A stretch of DNA of 64,000 nt from Anaerolineae bacterium (GCA_963675785.1 OY776562.1:352001-416000), one strand, 5' to 3'; numbered from the stretch's first letter, positions 9,101 through 18,548 are shown. Notes: a model not told the origin generated them from the letters alone. Made by a program: numbers and translations.

Positions 9101-11193
9101 TCACTGCTGTCTGGGTCAGTACTGCTCAAAGTACCAATTGTAATGTCCAAAGTCTGGTTTTCAACTATAGAGCTGTTTGTAATGCTCAAAGCAGTAGGTG
9201 CTTCGTTGACGTTGGTGACACTGATGGTGAACGCACGGTCATAGTAAAGACCGCCAACATCGGTGGAACGCACGGTCACCAAATAGCTGTTGTCGGTCTC
9301 GTAATTGAACACGGCCGCTGTCTTGAGCGAGCTGCCCGAAATGCTAAAGGCAGAAGTATCTCCACCAACTATTGAGTAAGTGAAGCTATCTCCAGAATCT
9401 GGATCAGTGGTTGACAGCGTGCCAACTGTAGTGCCAGATGATACATTTTCTGCTACGGCATTGTTGGACAAAGCGATCGCCGTGGGTGTCTCGTTGGCAT
9501 TTGTGATACTGATAGTAAAGGCACGGTCATAGTAGAGGCCGGCCGCGTCGGTGGCACGAATAGTGATGGAATAGCTGTTATCAGACTCATAATTGAAGGA
9601 AGTTTCCGTGAGTAGCGTACTCCCCGAGATACTAAAAGCCGAGGTATCGCCACTGACGAGCAAATAGCTAATGGTATCATCGCTATCAGGATCGACGCTG
9701 CTTAGCGTGCCTACTGGCGTTCCAGAAGTCTGATTTTCAGCTAAAGATGTATTTGAAAGAGTAACGGTTGTGGGTGCTTCGTTTAAATCGGTAACGCTGA
9801 TAACATATGTTCGATCAAAATAGAGACCGCCGGCATCGGTAGAACGCACGGTGACCGAGTAGCTGTTATCAGCCTCATAGTTTAATACAGATGAAGTGCG
9901 TAACGTGCTACCAGAGATGTTAAAGTAACCAGTATCTCCACTAACGAGTGAATAGGTAAATGTATCGCTACTATCCGGGTCGGTTGTGGAGAGCGTGCCT
10001 ACTGTGGTGTTTGCAGAGGCGTTTTCTGCTACAGAGTTGTTGGACAGGCTCATCGCCGTTGGCGACTCGTTTACATTTAGGATGGGCACAGTGAGCCATT
10101 CACTGTAGGTATTGGCGTAGCTGTCGGTGGCTTGAATCTGTACCTGATAAGAAGAGATTTGTTCATAGTCAAAGCTTGAACCTAAAGCCGTCACGAGAGA
10201 ATAGGTACCTTCGGATTCGGTGATGGCAAACTGACCGTCAGCATCATTGAGCAGGATAAAGGTATGTGTATCGTTGAGGTCAGCATCTGTGGCGGCCAAG
10301 GGGCCGATTTCTGTGCCAGGAGCGCTATTTTCAGGCAGGCCTACTTGCCAATCAGAGACTTGGCCATCATGCACGAGCCAAAGCCAGACGCCCGCATGAT
10401 CGATATTGGTAGCATCCGAGGCGGTATCGAGAGCCAACATGGCGGCGTTGTCGCCAGATTGAGGCAACTCGGAATAGTTGGTCTGGTCGCCAGCGGTCCA
10501 ACCTGCGGTTGCCGTAGTCGATGTGTCAGTGAGAATCCATTCAATAGCTTCATAGCGGATTTCGATGGCAAAGTCACCACCGCCGATATCCCAGAGGCGA
10601 ATCTGGAAGGCGTTGGACTTGTCATTGTGTGAAGAGTAATAGCCGGTGTCATCAAAAGTGATGGTGACACAGTCATTGACGGTATCGATGTCGTACCAGA
10701 TTTGGTTACTGCCTTGCGAGTTACCCGTTGTATCGTAGGTAATGCTGGAAGCACGAGTATCGACATCGCCAAAGTAAGCGGCGATCATGGGAACGGTGGA
10801 ACCGGCGATACCCCAGGGACTGTAAGAGCTAGAGCCTTCACCAAAAGTGACATAGCCGTTACGTCCAATAAAGAACTCAGTAGCGGCGTCGTAAGGGGTC
10901 TCTCTAAAGTAGTTGAGGCCATTCTCAAAAACGGCAGAGATATCGACTTGCTGATAGCCATCGTCTCCTTTGGAGACACTGCCCTCACCAAAGCCATAGG
11001 TACCACCGAGACCATTGACGAGATAGTGACCGGATTCGATGTATAGACTACCGTTGCCGCTTGTGGAGAGGCCGAACTTGATTTTAGTAGGTGCTACGCC
11101 TTCGGCGGATACGGTTGGCACAAGTCCTAGCAAGGCCGTGGCTAGAAGCAAGAATGCTGCAAGAATGAGAGTAAGTCGATGTGGCGATTGCAT
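4264..11193 (-). CDS. Giant secreted/surface protein A (2309 aa): signal peptide, nidogen-like (NIDO) domain, cadherin repeats, Ig-like repeats, P/T linker, SdrD-B-like repeats, C-terminal FPLIF motif
   Basis: Signal peptide ending VSA; NIDO-like IAAYFGDVDTR and NAFQIRL; cadherin motifs DxD, FNYE, NEAPT; ISGxVFxDxNxNG and GxDGxxGTxDD repeats; RBS GGAGG. Confidence 0.85.
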   Translation of the reverse strand: MQSPHRLTLILAAFLLLATALLGLVPTVSAEGVAPTKIKFGLSTSGNGSLYIESGHYLVNGLGGTYGFGEGSVSKGDDGYQQVDISAVFENGLNYFRETPYDAATEFFIGRNGYVTFGEGSSSYSPWGIAGSTVPMIAAYFGDVDTRASSITYDTTGNSQGSNQIWYDIDTVNDCVTITFDDTGYYSSHNDKSNAFQIRLWDIGGGDFAIEIRYEAIEWILTDTSTTATAGWTAGDQTNYSELPQSGDNAAMLALDTASDATNIDHAGVWLWLVHDGQVSDWQVGLPENSAPGTEIGPLAATDADLNDTHTFILLNDADGQFAITESEGTYSLVTALGSSFDYEQISSYQVQIQATDSYANTYSEWLTVPILNVNESPTAMSLSNNSVAENASANTTVGTLSTTDPDSSDTFTYSLVSGDTGYFNISGSTLRTSSVLNYEADNSYSVTVRSTDAGGLYFDRTYVISVTDLNEAPTTVTLSNTSLAENQTSGTPVGTLSSVDPDSDDTISYLLVSGDTSAFSISGSTLLTETSFNYESDNSYSITIRATDAAGLYYDRAFTISITNANETPTAIALSNNAVAENVSSGTTVGTLSTTDPDSGDSFTYSIVGGDTSAFSISGSSLKTAAVFNYETDNSYLVTVRSTDVGGLYYDRAFTISVTNVNEAPTALSITNSSIVENQTLDITIGTLSSTDPDSSDSFTYSIVGGDTSAFSISGNSLKAATVFNYEADNSYSVTVRSTDAGGLYYDHTFTISIIDANEQPSASGISKTTLEDTFFGLAGSDFTGVFSDPDSGDALVSVRIDTLPANARLLFGNDEAVDESQAYAYTDFDDVRLAPDVDWNGSTSFTFSLYDGELWSAPATWSIIVTAVNDEPSFTPGANQTVLEDAVSQSVTWATDISKGPSDESGQTVSFVVSNDNTTLFSVQPAISSTGALTYRPAANMNGTATVTVTLSDNGGTANGGDDEADAITFTINVTAVNDTPSFTLGANQTVLEDASAQTVANWATNLSTGPSDESDQSVSFEVSSNNSALFSSQPAISSNGTLTFTPAANMNGTATVTVTLSDNGGTANGGDDETDAITFTINVTPVNDTPSFTPGANQTVLEDVSAQTVANWATNLSAGPSDESGQSVSFEVSSNNSTLFSSQPAISSTGALTYRPAANMNGTATVTVILSDNGGTANGGDDESDAITFTINITPVNDTPSFDAGEDQTLLEDASAQTVANWATNLSTGPSDESDQELHFEATAEDTALFSEQPSVSADGTLTFTPALNAYGTTRVAVVLKDDGGTSNGGRDSASPYSLTITITEVNDDPVVVDDDYTVDEDSVGNTFSALSNDSDVDDDEVLIIISVTTAQHGVAAVSNDKTAVVYTPATNYPVPGDSGTDALVYTVSDGRGGVVTGTINISITPINDSPVVTAPANASVNEDETLNLVDALAIQLSDVDSGSENLELVASVEHGTLGTNDIDAASTLTITDSLQDLNALLDSGLYYQGNLNYEGPESISLDVNDLGHSGTGTPLSDSHTISMTVIAVNDSPDAVEDEAEVRAGEQVIIDVLANDTDIEVGDLAIASVGDSTYGSVSLLDDDTIAYSASYAVTTHDAFTYTVVDLGGLTDTCTVTLSIESNRAVTTPTPNPAVTPVPTVPPQATPTPAPTTGDISGVIYTDTNGNGKLGTDEAAVANASVKLVSLGSDGIAYTADDATLSSLTTAADGSYAFEDLLAGTYLIQVTAPTGSTVTTANPATVNVIAGNVLSKNFGCQSIAQLRVKAYVGQDAESGSPLADVSLSLLRPGADARFGTADDVVVASGSTEADGAYVFTGLADGSYMVCAANVDGYAMSGVAQRQISISEGQSMTQPAFGYLKTGTLYVHTCIDPQLGDKPNDDNEPLPGASVTVISAGPDGILGTDDDVLITELTTDEDGNVSLGDLPEGYYRIIIDYPDGYVGESPLTRDVYIGSDGASSISVGAQPTGTIAGTVFEDANANGLQDATEQGIAGVLIQVYARSEVVSPNADLLLVEGITDEDGFYSFSQLELGTYVFDNMGYASFALVEIDPEGHVSTTPGQVEVTVNTKTPSIINFGDTMTCKTTGVIWDDADQDDLPDYGETPLAGILVSIYGPGSDGLLGTGDDELITTSTTSAAGVYQFGGLADGDYRVVPDFPDGVTCDLLYQDISVADGIAADVSFGCSFPGSLSGTAFNDSNKNGAQDQNEAGIAGLTIQVYAVNPETGQEDLVATTKTGADGSWRIAGLGAGNYRIVEVTPSSLTCTTESSVSVELLDGDSGSATFGNYSYQPLRTPTTTIAFPLIFCNY
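7270..8586 (-). repeat. Four tandem ~330-bp coding repeats (110-aa Ig-like units)
   Basis: VND codons recur at about 7261, 7591, 7921, 8251 and 8578; unit PSFTxGANQTVLED...DNGGTANGGDD. Confidence 0.9.
8923..10074 (-). repeat. Four tandem 288-bp coding repeats (96-aa cadherin units)
   Basis: NExP codons recur at about 8914, 9202, 9490, 9778 and 10066. Confidence 0.88.
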
Positions 11194-11273
11194 AGAGCTT
11201 TTCCCTCCGAATGATTGGATAATTATCTATTCTCAACCTACTGGTGAATGATTTTCAATTGGCTATTACATAA

Positions 11274-11317
11274 AGTCTAGACGGGCAAAAGCGAAGAGAC
11301 ATAAAGAAAACGTAAGT
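11274..11317 (-). promoter_or_regulatory. Conserved upstream/promoter motif of giant protein A
   Basis: ACTTACGTTTTCTTTATG-N20-TAGACT; the same arrangement occurs upstream of protein B. Confidence 0.55.
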
Positions 11318-11546
11318 TAGCCTCTTGTATAAAAGGTTGATTGGAGTTGATGGAGGCTTGTTTTCATGTGGACTGTACCGAAAGAGTTGACGGCTGGATT
11401 TGGGGCGTCTTAGAGGTTATATCCCTGTATAAACACAAATTTATCTGATAGTTGTACCCGTTAGTTCAAGAGATAATGATTTTCTTATCTCACATCAGAT
11501 GTGGCTCAACAGGGGATTGTCTTGCTGGATTAAAGGTCTTTTCTTA

Positions 11547-11590
11547 GGAAAGAAGAAGGGGGGGGCAAGCTTACGCTTGCCCCCCCCTTC
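11547..11590 (-). terminator. Intrinsic terminator of giant surface protein B
   Basis: Same hairpin as 4216-4249, followed by a U-rich tract. Confidence 0.85.
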
Positions 11591-13467
11591 GGTCATGCCA
11601 AGTTCTAGTAATTACAAAAGATCAGGGGGAAAGCAATAGTCGTCGTCGGAGCTTGAAGGGGCTGGTAACTATAGTTACCAAAGGTAGCGCCGCCAGAATC
11701 ACCATCCAGTAGCTCGACAGAGACAGAAGATTCAGTCGTGCAGGTCAGGCTACTAGGCGTGACCTCGACGATGCGATAGTTACCGGCACCCAGGCCAGCG
11801 ATTCGCCAAGAGCCATCTGCGCCGGTCTTGGTGGTAGCCACGAGATCTTCCTGGCCGGTTTCCGGATTAACAGCATAGACCTGGATTGTGAGGCCAGCGA
11901 TACCGGCCTCATTCTGGTCCTGGGCACCGTTCTTGTTGCTATCGTTAAAAGCCGTGCCCGAGAGAGAGCCAGGGAGAGAGCAGCCAAAGGAGACATCTGC
12001 GGCGATGCCGTCGGCGACAGAGATGTCCTGATAGAGGAGATCACAGGTAACGCCGTCGGGGAAATCGGGCACGACGCGGTAGTCGCCGTCGGCCAGGCCG
12101 CCGAACTGATAGACACCGGCTGCGCTGGTGGTAGACGTGGTGATGAGCTCATCATCGCCAGTACCCAGGAGGCCATCAGAGCCAGGGCCATAGATACTGA
12201 CAAGAATACCAGCCAGAGGAGTCTCGCCATAGTCAGGGAGATCATCCTGATCGGCATCATCCCAGATAACGCCAGTGGTTTTGCAAGTCATGGTATCGCC
12301 AAAGTTAATGATACTGGGTGTTTTGGTGTTGACCGTAACCTCGACCTGGCCAGGAGTTGTGCTGACATGACCTTCAGGGTCGATCTCGACGAGAGCGAAA
12401 CTGGCATAGCCCATGTTATCAAAGACATAGGTACCGAGTTCAAGCTGAGAGAAACTGTAGAAGCCGTCCTCGTCGGTAATACCTTCAACGAGAAGGAGAT
12501 CAGCGTTGGGAGAGACGACCTCACTGCGGGCATAGACCTGGATGAGGACACCGGCGATACCCTGTTCGGTAGCATCCTGGAGGCCATTGGCATTGGCGTC
12601 TTCAAAGACAGTACCAGCGATAGTACCGGTAGGCTGAGCGCCGACAGAGATAGAGCTGGCGCCGTCGCTACCGATATAGACATCGCGTGTGAGAGGCGAT
12701 TCGCCGACATAGCCATCGGGATAGTCGATGATGATGCGATAGTAACCCTCGGGGAGATCACCGAGAGAGACATTGCCGTCCTCATCGGTGGTCAACTCGG
12801 TGATGAGGACATCGTCATCGGTACCGAGGATGCCGTCGGGACCAGCGGAGATAACGGTGACGGAGGCTCCCGGGAGAGGCTCGTTGTCATCATTCGGCTT
12901 ATCGCCGAGTTGAGGATCGATACAGGTATGGACATAGAGGGTGCCTGTTTTGAGATAGCCAAAGGCAGGCTGGGTCATGGATTGACCTTCGCTGATAGAG
13001 ATTTGGCGTTGAGCGACACCGCTCATAGCGTAGCCATCGACATTGGCAGCGCAGACCATATAGCTACCGTCGGCAAGGCCGGTAAAGACATAGGCACCGT
13101 CGGCTTCGGTAGAGCCTGAGGCAACGACGACATCGTCAGCAGTACCAAAACGGGCGTCGGCACCGGGTCTGAGGAGAGAAAGGGACACATCGGCCAGTGG
13201 GGAGCCGCTTTCCGCGTCCTGCCCCACATAGGCCTTGACGCGGAGCTGAGCGATGGACTGACAGCCAAAGTTCTTGGAGAGCACGTTACCGGCGATGACA
13301 TTGACGGTAGCCGGGTTGGCGGTGGTCACGGTACTGCCAGTGGGAGCAGTGACTTGGATAAGATATGTGCCAGCGAGCAGATCTTCAAAGGCATAGGAGC
13401 CGTCGGCTGCAGTCGTGAGAGAACTCAAAGTAGCATCATCGGCTGTGTGGGCGATGCCGTCGGAGCC
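11571..13467. repeat. Direct repeat copy 2 (~1.9 kb, near-identical to 4230-6126)
   Basis: See copy 1; further identical patches at 13851-13944 vs 6510-6603 and within the NIDO domain. Confidence 0.95.
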
Positions 13468-16400
13468 CAGAGAGACGAGCTTGACCAAAGCACCGGATAC
13501 GGGAGCTTCAGTTGAGCCCTTTTTGTTATTGCAGTCGGCATCCATATAGATCACACCACTGATATCGCCTGTGGTGGGAGCCGGCGTAGGAGTTGCTTGA
13601 GGCGGGACGGTAGGAGCAGGTGTTAAATCAGGATTGGGCGTAGGTGTAGTAACGGCACGGCTGCTATCAATTGTGATGGAAACCTCGCAAGTATCTGTCA
13701 AACCACCTTGGTCAGTGACAGTATAAGTAAAGCTATCATGCGTGGTAATGACATAGCTAGCTTCGTACAAAATTGTGTCGTCATCTAGGAGAGAGACAGA
13801 GCCATAGGTTGATTCGCCAACGGCAGCGACAGCGAGATTACCAGGCTCGATATCTGTATCATTGGCGAGAACGTCGATGATGACCTGTTCACCAGCGCGC
13901 ACCTCAGCTTCATCCTCCACGGCATCAGGTGAGTCGTTTACGGCTGTTACATTAATGGTAAAGGTAACGGGATCAGCCTCATCATCACCACCATTAGCTG
14001 TGCCCCCGTCATCCGAAAGCGTCACGGTGACGATAGCTGAACCGTTTATATCGGCGGCCGGCGTAAAGGTCAGTGTGCCAACAGAGGAAATGGCTGGTTG
14101 AGCGCTAAAGAGCGTTGTGTTGTTGTTGATTACGTCAAAGGAGACGCTCTGGCTGCTCTCGTTACTGGGGCCAGCGGAGAGGTTAGTAGCCCAATTGGTG
14201 ACCGTCTGAGCTAATGCGTCCTCCAATACAGTTTGGTTGCTACCTGCGGTAAAGGAAGGCTCATCATTGACAGTTGTAACTGAAACCGACCATGTTGCCG
14301 GATCACTCCAAAGTTCGCCATCAGAGAAAGAGAAAGTGAAAGATGTTTGGCCGTTCCAGTCGGCGTTGGGAACGAATTGAGCATCAAATGCTGAGATATC
14401 GTAGGCTTGTGATTGAACAACTGCCTGTTCATCGGCGAACAAGAGTTGTGCGTTCGCAGGTAGGCTATCTATGCGAATCTGCTCGAGCTCATCACCTGCA
14501 TCAGGATCTGAAAAAGCATTGTTGATATCTGTGCTGCTCAGATTGAGCGGTGTATCCTCATTAGTCGACTTGGAGACATTGGCAGCACTTGGTGCCTCGT
14601 TTATCGATTGAACTTGGATGTTGAACGTTTCTTCGATGGTGTTACCACCAGCGTCGGTTGAGCGAACAGTGATCGTATAAGTGTCTTTGACATCTGCGTT
14701 AAACACGGCTGCCGAACGGAGCGTGCTTCCAGAGATACTAAAGGCACTGGTATCTCCACTTACAAGAGCATAGCTAAAAGTTTCGGCATTGTCGGGGTCC
14801 GTTGTGGTAAATGTGCCCACGGTAGTGCCTGAAGCTTCTTTTTCAAGAATCGTATCGTTGGACAGAGTCAGGCTGGTTGGTGCTTCGTTGACATTGGCAA
14901 CAGGCACGTCTAGCCATTGGGTATAGATATTGCCATAGCTGTCGACTGCTTGAACCTGCACTTGATAAGAAGAGGTCTGTTCATAGTCAAAGCTGGATTC
15001 TGGCGCTGAGACCAGCGTGTAGACGCCTTCCGATTCACTGATTGCAAACTGGCCATCGGCATCATCGAGCAGAGTAAAGGTATGGGTATCGTTGAGATCG
15101 TCATCGATGGCAGTCAAGGGACCAACCTCGGTGCCAGCAGGGCTGTTCTCGGGGATACTGGCTGACCACTCTTCAACCTGGCCACCGTGCACGAGCCAAA
15201 GCCATACACCTGCATGATCGATATTGGTCGCCTCACTATCTGTATCGAGGGCCAACATAGCAGCGTTATTGCCGGATTGAGGCAGCTCAGAATAGTTAAC
15301 CTGATCGCCAGCCGTCCAACCGGCGGTAGCGGAGGTAGAAGTATCGGTCAGGATCCATTCGATAGCTTCGTAGCGGATTTCGATGGCAAAGTCACCACCG
15401 CCAATATCCCAGAGGCGAATCTGGAAGGCGTTGGACTTGTCATTGTGCTGGGAAAAATAGCCGGTGTCATCAAAAGTGATGGTGACACAGTCATTGACGG
15501 TATCGATGTCGTACCAGATCTGGTTGCTGCCTTGGGAGTTACCCGTTGTATCGTAGGTGATACTTGAAGCGCGGGTATCGACATCACCATAATAGGCGGC
15601 AATCATGGGGACGGTAGAGCCGGCTATACCTTCAGGCATGTAAGAGCCAGAGCCCTCACCGAAGGTGACATAACCATTGCGTCCGATAAAAAACTCGGTG
15701 GCAGCGTCGTAAGGGGTGTCACTAAAGTAGTTGAGGCCATTCTCAAAAACGGCAGAGATATCGACTTGTTGATAGCCGTCGTCTTCTTTGGAGACGCTTC
15801 CCTCACCAAAGCCATAGGTACCACCGAGGCCATTGACGAGATAGTGACCGGACTCGATATAGAGATTACCATTACCGCTTGTAGAGAGACCGAATTTGAT
15901 CTCTGAGGCGGCTGAGCCGTCGTCTATATCGTTAACCGTGATGGTAAAGTCTTTTTCTGTGTAAAGCTCTCCTGCGTCAGTAGAGCGCACGGTGATTGTG
16001 TAGCTGCTCGTCGTTTCGTAATCGAACTTGGCAGCGGTTATGAGCGAATCGCCAGAAATATTAAATGCGGATGTAGCACCACCTACGAGTGTATATGTAT
16101 GCGTATCACCCGTATCGACATCTGTTGTGCTCAGGGCGCCTACTGTTGCGCCGATATCCAAGCCTTCATCTATCGTGCTTGAAGATAGCGAGATATCCGT
16201 TGGCGCGCTGTTCGAAGATGCACCACCCAGATCGCCGCCATCGACAGTTACCTCTTGCCAAGAACTCCACGATGAACCATCGGAGAACTTGACGCGGGCG
16301 TAATAGTCTGTGCCAGCTTCAAGCTCTTCGCCCTCATAAGTGACACTGGTCTCTTCACCATATCCCACGGGCGGGTCCCAAAGGATTTCGCCTGTACCGC

Positions 16401-18468
16401 TCGGTTGGGTCCAGACTTCGACTTCGTATGCTACCTGAGGATCTCCCTCGGTATCATAGTAAGTCCAACTGATTTGCCCATCTCCTGCTGTAGGTTCACT
16501 ACCTTCAGGGCTTGTTGGTGGAATGTTGACTTCGAGATCTGTAAACGTGTATTGGGTGAAGCGGTCTCGCCGATACCCCGTACCACCGCTAGCTGTATCT
16601 TCAGAATAGTATGGACCATAATCGTAAGAGAAGTAGACATCGTCCGAGCTTTGGACTTGGGTAAGAATGCTGGTGCCGTCTCGGACATCAATGGCACTAC
16701 TGAGGGTGCCTGCAGATGAGCCAACGCTAAAGCCAGCATAGTCAATTTGGGCGGGTTCGTACTGATAATCCTGCCAAACGCGTATTTTGTATTCACCATC
16801 TGGGTCGGGCAAGAACAGAGAAAGATCAAAGTCATGTGTTTCGTCCGTTCCGGGGAAAGTAAATCCATCCCTCATGACCCACTGGTCGCCATCCCAGGTA
16901 TAAACAAAGTATGTGCTGCTCTTGGGGATATAATATCCTTCACTCTCAAACAAGAACTCACGGACAGGGAGTGTCTGCTCAGGGACATCAAAGGTCATGG
17001 CGTACTTTTCGCCTGTATCCATCTGCACATAGACATCATCGGCTGTGGCGAGTTCAGAGAGAACATCAACTGTTTCATTAAAGACAGCTGTTGAGGGCGC
17101 AATAGAATTGACGATAAACTCTGGTTGGGCGCCAGCATACAGAGCTACATAGTCAATCTCATGGTATTTGATCGAGTGGGAAATGCAGCTAAGGCGCACT
17201 TTGAGATCACCCTCATGATCAGGCAGATAAGATGAAAGATCAAAAGCGGCCACCGAGTATTCGTAACGCGGATCAATACGGCCAACTTCAAACCAGTCGC
17301 CGTTTTCATCCTGAATATTGACCACAATGGCTGGCGGGCCGATGTAGGGCATCTCTTCGCCCTCTCCAACAAGGTAGCCATGTACCCGAAGGTACAGTAC
17401 GGCTCCTTGCGAAACGTCCAGGCTGCTGCTGAAATCCAAATCGATATAGTCTTCGCTATATGCTTCTACGCCGGAATCATCCAGCGTACTCAGATCAGCG
17501 ATGACATTTTCACCATCATCTGTAACGGCTGTGATAGGGCCAACCAGTTCATCTACAACAAAAGAAGAGATATTACCATCCGAGTCTGGAGCAATGCCGA
17601 CACCTTCTTCATGGTCTACGGTGATAAGCCCCACCATATCTGTCCATGATATTTCGGACTCTACTTCTCGCACTTCGAGTGGATAGACGCCATCCTGTTC
17701 GACAAGCGTCTCTTGTAACAGATACCAGTCATGCTGCTCTTGATGGGCGTATCGAGCCACCGAGTAGATATCATTATCTCGCACGTACTCTGTACCATTC
17801 CAGGTGTAGATCCACGGGCAAGATGCGTAAGAACTGGCATCCTCTTGAGCTTCAAAAGTGAAAATCTTGGAATCGCCAGGAGAGTCGTAAACGGTGATAG
17901 CGACGTCGTCGATATAAAAGCCGGGATCTGGAGCGCCATAGGAGGTATAATTGGAAATGTAACAGCGCCATTTGAGATAGATATCGCCGCCAGCATAATC
18001 AGATACATCGAACTCGTACAGCTGCCAGCCACCATCCATTTCACTGAACAATTGGGCGAGGGATTGCCAATCGGTGCCGTTAGAAGAAACAAAGAATTCA
18101 CCACGGCTGTACATCCATGGGATCTGGATCCAACCATAGAAACGGACACGAGCGACTTGACCTTCTGACAAGGCGGGGATTGAGATGGCTGAGGAAGTCA
18201 AATAGCCTTCCTTGTTCTGTAATTCGCCATCCAGATCGGTTCCCCAGCACATGGAACCGGAATGTGCTGAATCGGGGCCTACAGTAGTGGGGGTTCCCCA
18301 TTCCCACAGTGCGGTCCCATCGACGGTATAGCCTCCGTCTCCTGTCTCAAAGCCGATTGAGTAGATGACGGTTTCATCGGCTGAAACAGCTGGGGCTAAC
18401 CCCAGCCAACTCGTAACCAAAAGCATGAGTGCGATAAGAGCGAGTGTGCTTTTGTGTGGCGAATGCAT
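11605..18468 (-). CDS. Giant secreted/surface protein B (~2287 aa): unique acidic N-terminal region, cadherin, NIDO, Ig-like and SdrD-B-like repeats, C-terminal FPLIF motif
   Basis: Start placed at ATG 18468 (RBS GGGAGG; MHSPHK parallels MQSPHR of paralog A); signal peptide ending VSA; shares domains with A. Confidence 0.85.
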   Translation of the reverse strand: MHSPHKSTLALIALMLLVTSWLGLAPAVSADETVIYSIGFETGDGGYTVDGTALWEWGTPTTVGPDSAHSGSMCWGTDLDGELQNKEGYLTSSAISIPALSEGQVARVRFYGWIQIPWMYSRGEFFVSSNGTDWQSLAQLFSEMDGGWQLYEFDVSDYAGGDIYLKWRCYISNYTSYGAPDPGFYIDDVAITVYDSPGDSKIFTFEAQEDASSYASCPWIYTWNGTEYVRDNDIYSVARYAHQEQHDWYLLQETLVEQDGVYPLEVREVESEISWTDMVGLITVDHEEGVGIAPDSDGNISSFVVDELVGPITAVTDDGENVIADLSTLDDSGVEAYSEDYIDLDFSSSLDVSQGAVLYLRVHGYLVGEGEEMPYIGPPAIVVNIQDENGDWFEVGRIDPRYEYSVAAFDLSSYLPDHEGDLKVRLSCISHSIKYHEIDYVALYAGAQPEFIVNSIAPSTAVFNETVDVLSELATADDVYVQMDTGEKYAMTFDVPEQTLPVREFLFESEGYYIPKSSTYFVYTWDGDQWVMRDGFTFPGTDETHDFDLSLFLPDPDGEYKIRVWQDYQYEPAQIDYAGFSVGSSAGTLSSAIDVRDGTSILTQVQSSDDVYFSYDYGPYYSEDTASGGTGYRRDRFTQYTFTDLEVNIPPTSPEGSEPTAGDGQISWTYYDTEGDPQVAYEVEVWTQPSGTGEILWDPPVGYGEETSVTYEGEELEAGTDYYARVKFSDGSSWSSWQEVTVDGGDLGGASSNSAPTDISLSSSTIDEGLDIGATVGALSTTDVDTGDTHTYTLVGGATSAFNISGDSLITAAKFDYETTSSYTITVRSTDAGELYTEKDFTITVNDIDDGSAASEIKFGLSTSGNGNLYIESGHYLVNGLGGTYGFGEGSVSKEDDGYQQVDISAVFENGLNYFSDTPYDAATEFFIGRNGYVTFGEGSGSYMPEGIAGSTVPMIAAYYGDVDTRASSITYDTTGNSQGSNQIWYDIDTVNDCVTITFDDTGYFSQHNDKSNAFQIRLWDIGGGDFAIEIRYEAIEWILTDTSTSATAGWTAGDQVNYSELPQSGNNAAMLALDTDSEATNIDHAGVWLWLVHGGQVEEWSASIPENSPAGTEVGPLTAIDDDLNDTHTFTLLDDADGQFAISESEGVYTLVSAPESSFDYEQTSSYQVQVQAVDSYGNIYTQWLDVPVANVNEAPTSLTLSNDTILEKEASGTTVGTFTTTDPDNAETFSYALVSGDTSAFSISGSTLRSAAVFNADVKDTYTITVRSTDAGGNTIEETFNIQVQSINEAPSAANVSKSTNEDTPLNLSSTDINNAFSDPDAGDELEQIRIDSLPANAQLLFADEQAVVQSQAYDISAFDAQFVPNADWNGQTSFTFSFSDGELWSDPATWSVSVTTVNDEPSFTAGSNQTVLEDALAQTVTNWATNLSAGPSNESSQSVSFDVINNNTTLFSAQPAISSVGTLTFTPAADINGSAIVTVTLSDDGGTANGGDDEADPVTFTINVTAVNDSPDAVEDEAEVRAGEQVIIDVLANDTDIEPGNLAVAAVGESTYGSVSLLDDDTILYEASYVITTHDSFTYTVTDQGGLTDTCEVSITIDSSRAVTTPTPNPDLTPAPTVPPQATPTPAPTTGDISGVIYMDADCNNKKGSTEAPVSGALVKLVSLGSDGIAHTADDATLSSLTTAADGSYAFEDLLAGTYLIQVTAPTGSTVTTANPATVNVIAGNVLSKNFGCQSIAQLRVKAYVGQDAESGSPLADVSLSLLRPGADARFGTADDVVVASGSTEADGAYVFTGLADGSYMVCAANVDGYAMSGVAQRQISISEGQSMTQPAFGYLKTGTLYVHTCIDPQLGDKPNDDNEPLPGASVTVISAGPDGILGTDDDVLITELTTDEDGNVSLGDLPEGYYRIIIDYPDGYVGESPLTRDVYIGSDGASSISVGAQPTGTIAGTVFEDANANGLQDATEQGIAGVLIQVYARSEVVSPNADLLLVEGITDEDGFYSFSQLELGTYVFDNMGYASFALVEIDPEGHVSTTPGQVEVTVNTKTPSIINFGDTMTCKTTGVIWDDADQDDLPDYGETPLAGILVSIYGPGSDGLLGTGDDELITTSTTSAAGVYQFGGLADGDYRVVPDFPDGVTCDLLYQDISVADGIAADVSFGCSLPGSLSGTAFNDSNKNGAQDQNEAGIAGLTIQVYAVNPETGQEDLVATTKTGADGSWRIAGLGAGNYRIVEVTPSSLTCTTESSVSVELLDGDSGGATFGNYSYQPLQAPTTTIAFPLIFCNY

Positions 18469-18548
18469 AGATCTTTTCCTCCCAGTAGTCTTCACAGTTA
18501 TCTAGTCTTAGCCAGCAGGGCCTATCATTACATGTTGGTTCTATGTCG

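Noticed and set aside
7270-10074. CRISPR array or non-coding tandem repeat
   Set aside because: Periods of 330 and 288 bp are in-frame protein domain repeats; no short repeat-spacer structure or cas genes
11194-11546. c-di-GMP riboswitch or small gene upstream of adhesin-like gene A
   Set aside because: No riboswitch consensus on the sense strand and no convincing ORF
4230-13467. Diversity-generating retroelement template/variable repeat pair
   Set aside because: No reverse transcriptase in the window, the repeat is far longer than a TR/VR, and the differences are not adenine-specific
4404-18307. Many alternative-frame and antisense ORFs inside the two giant genes (e.g. 5026-5778, 12367-13119)
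   Set aside because: Shadow ORFs caused by codon bias; duplicated only because the host genes are duplicated
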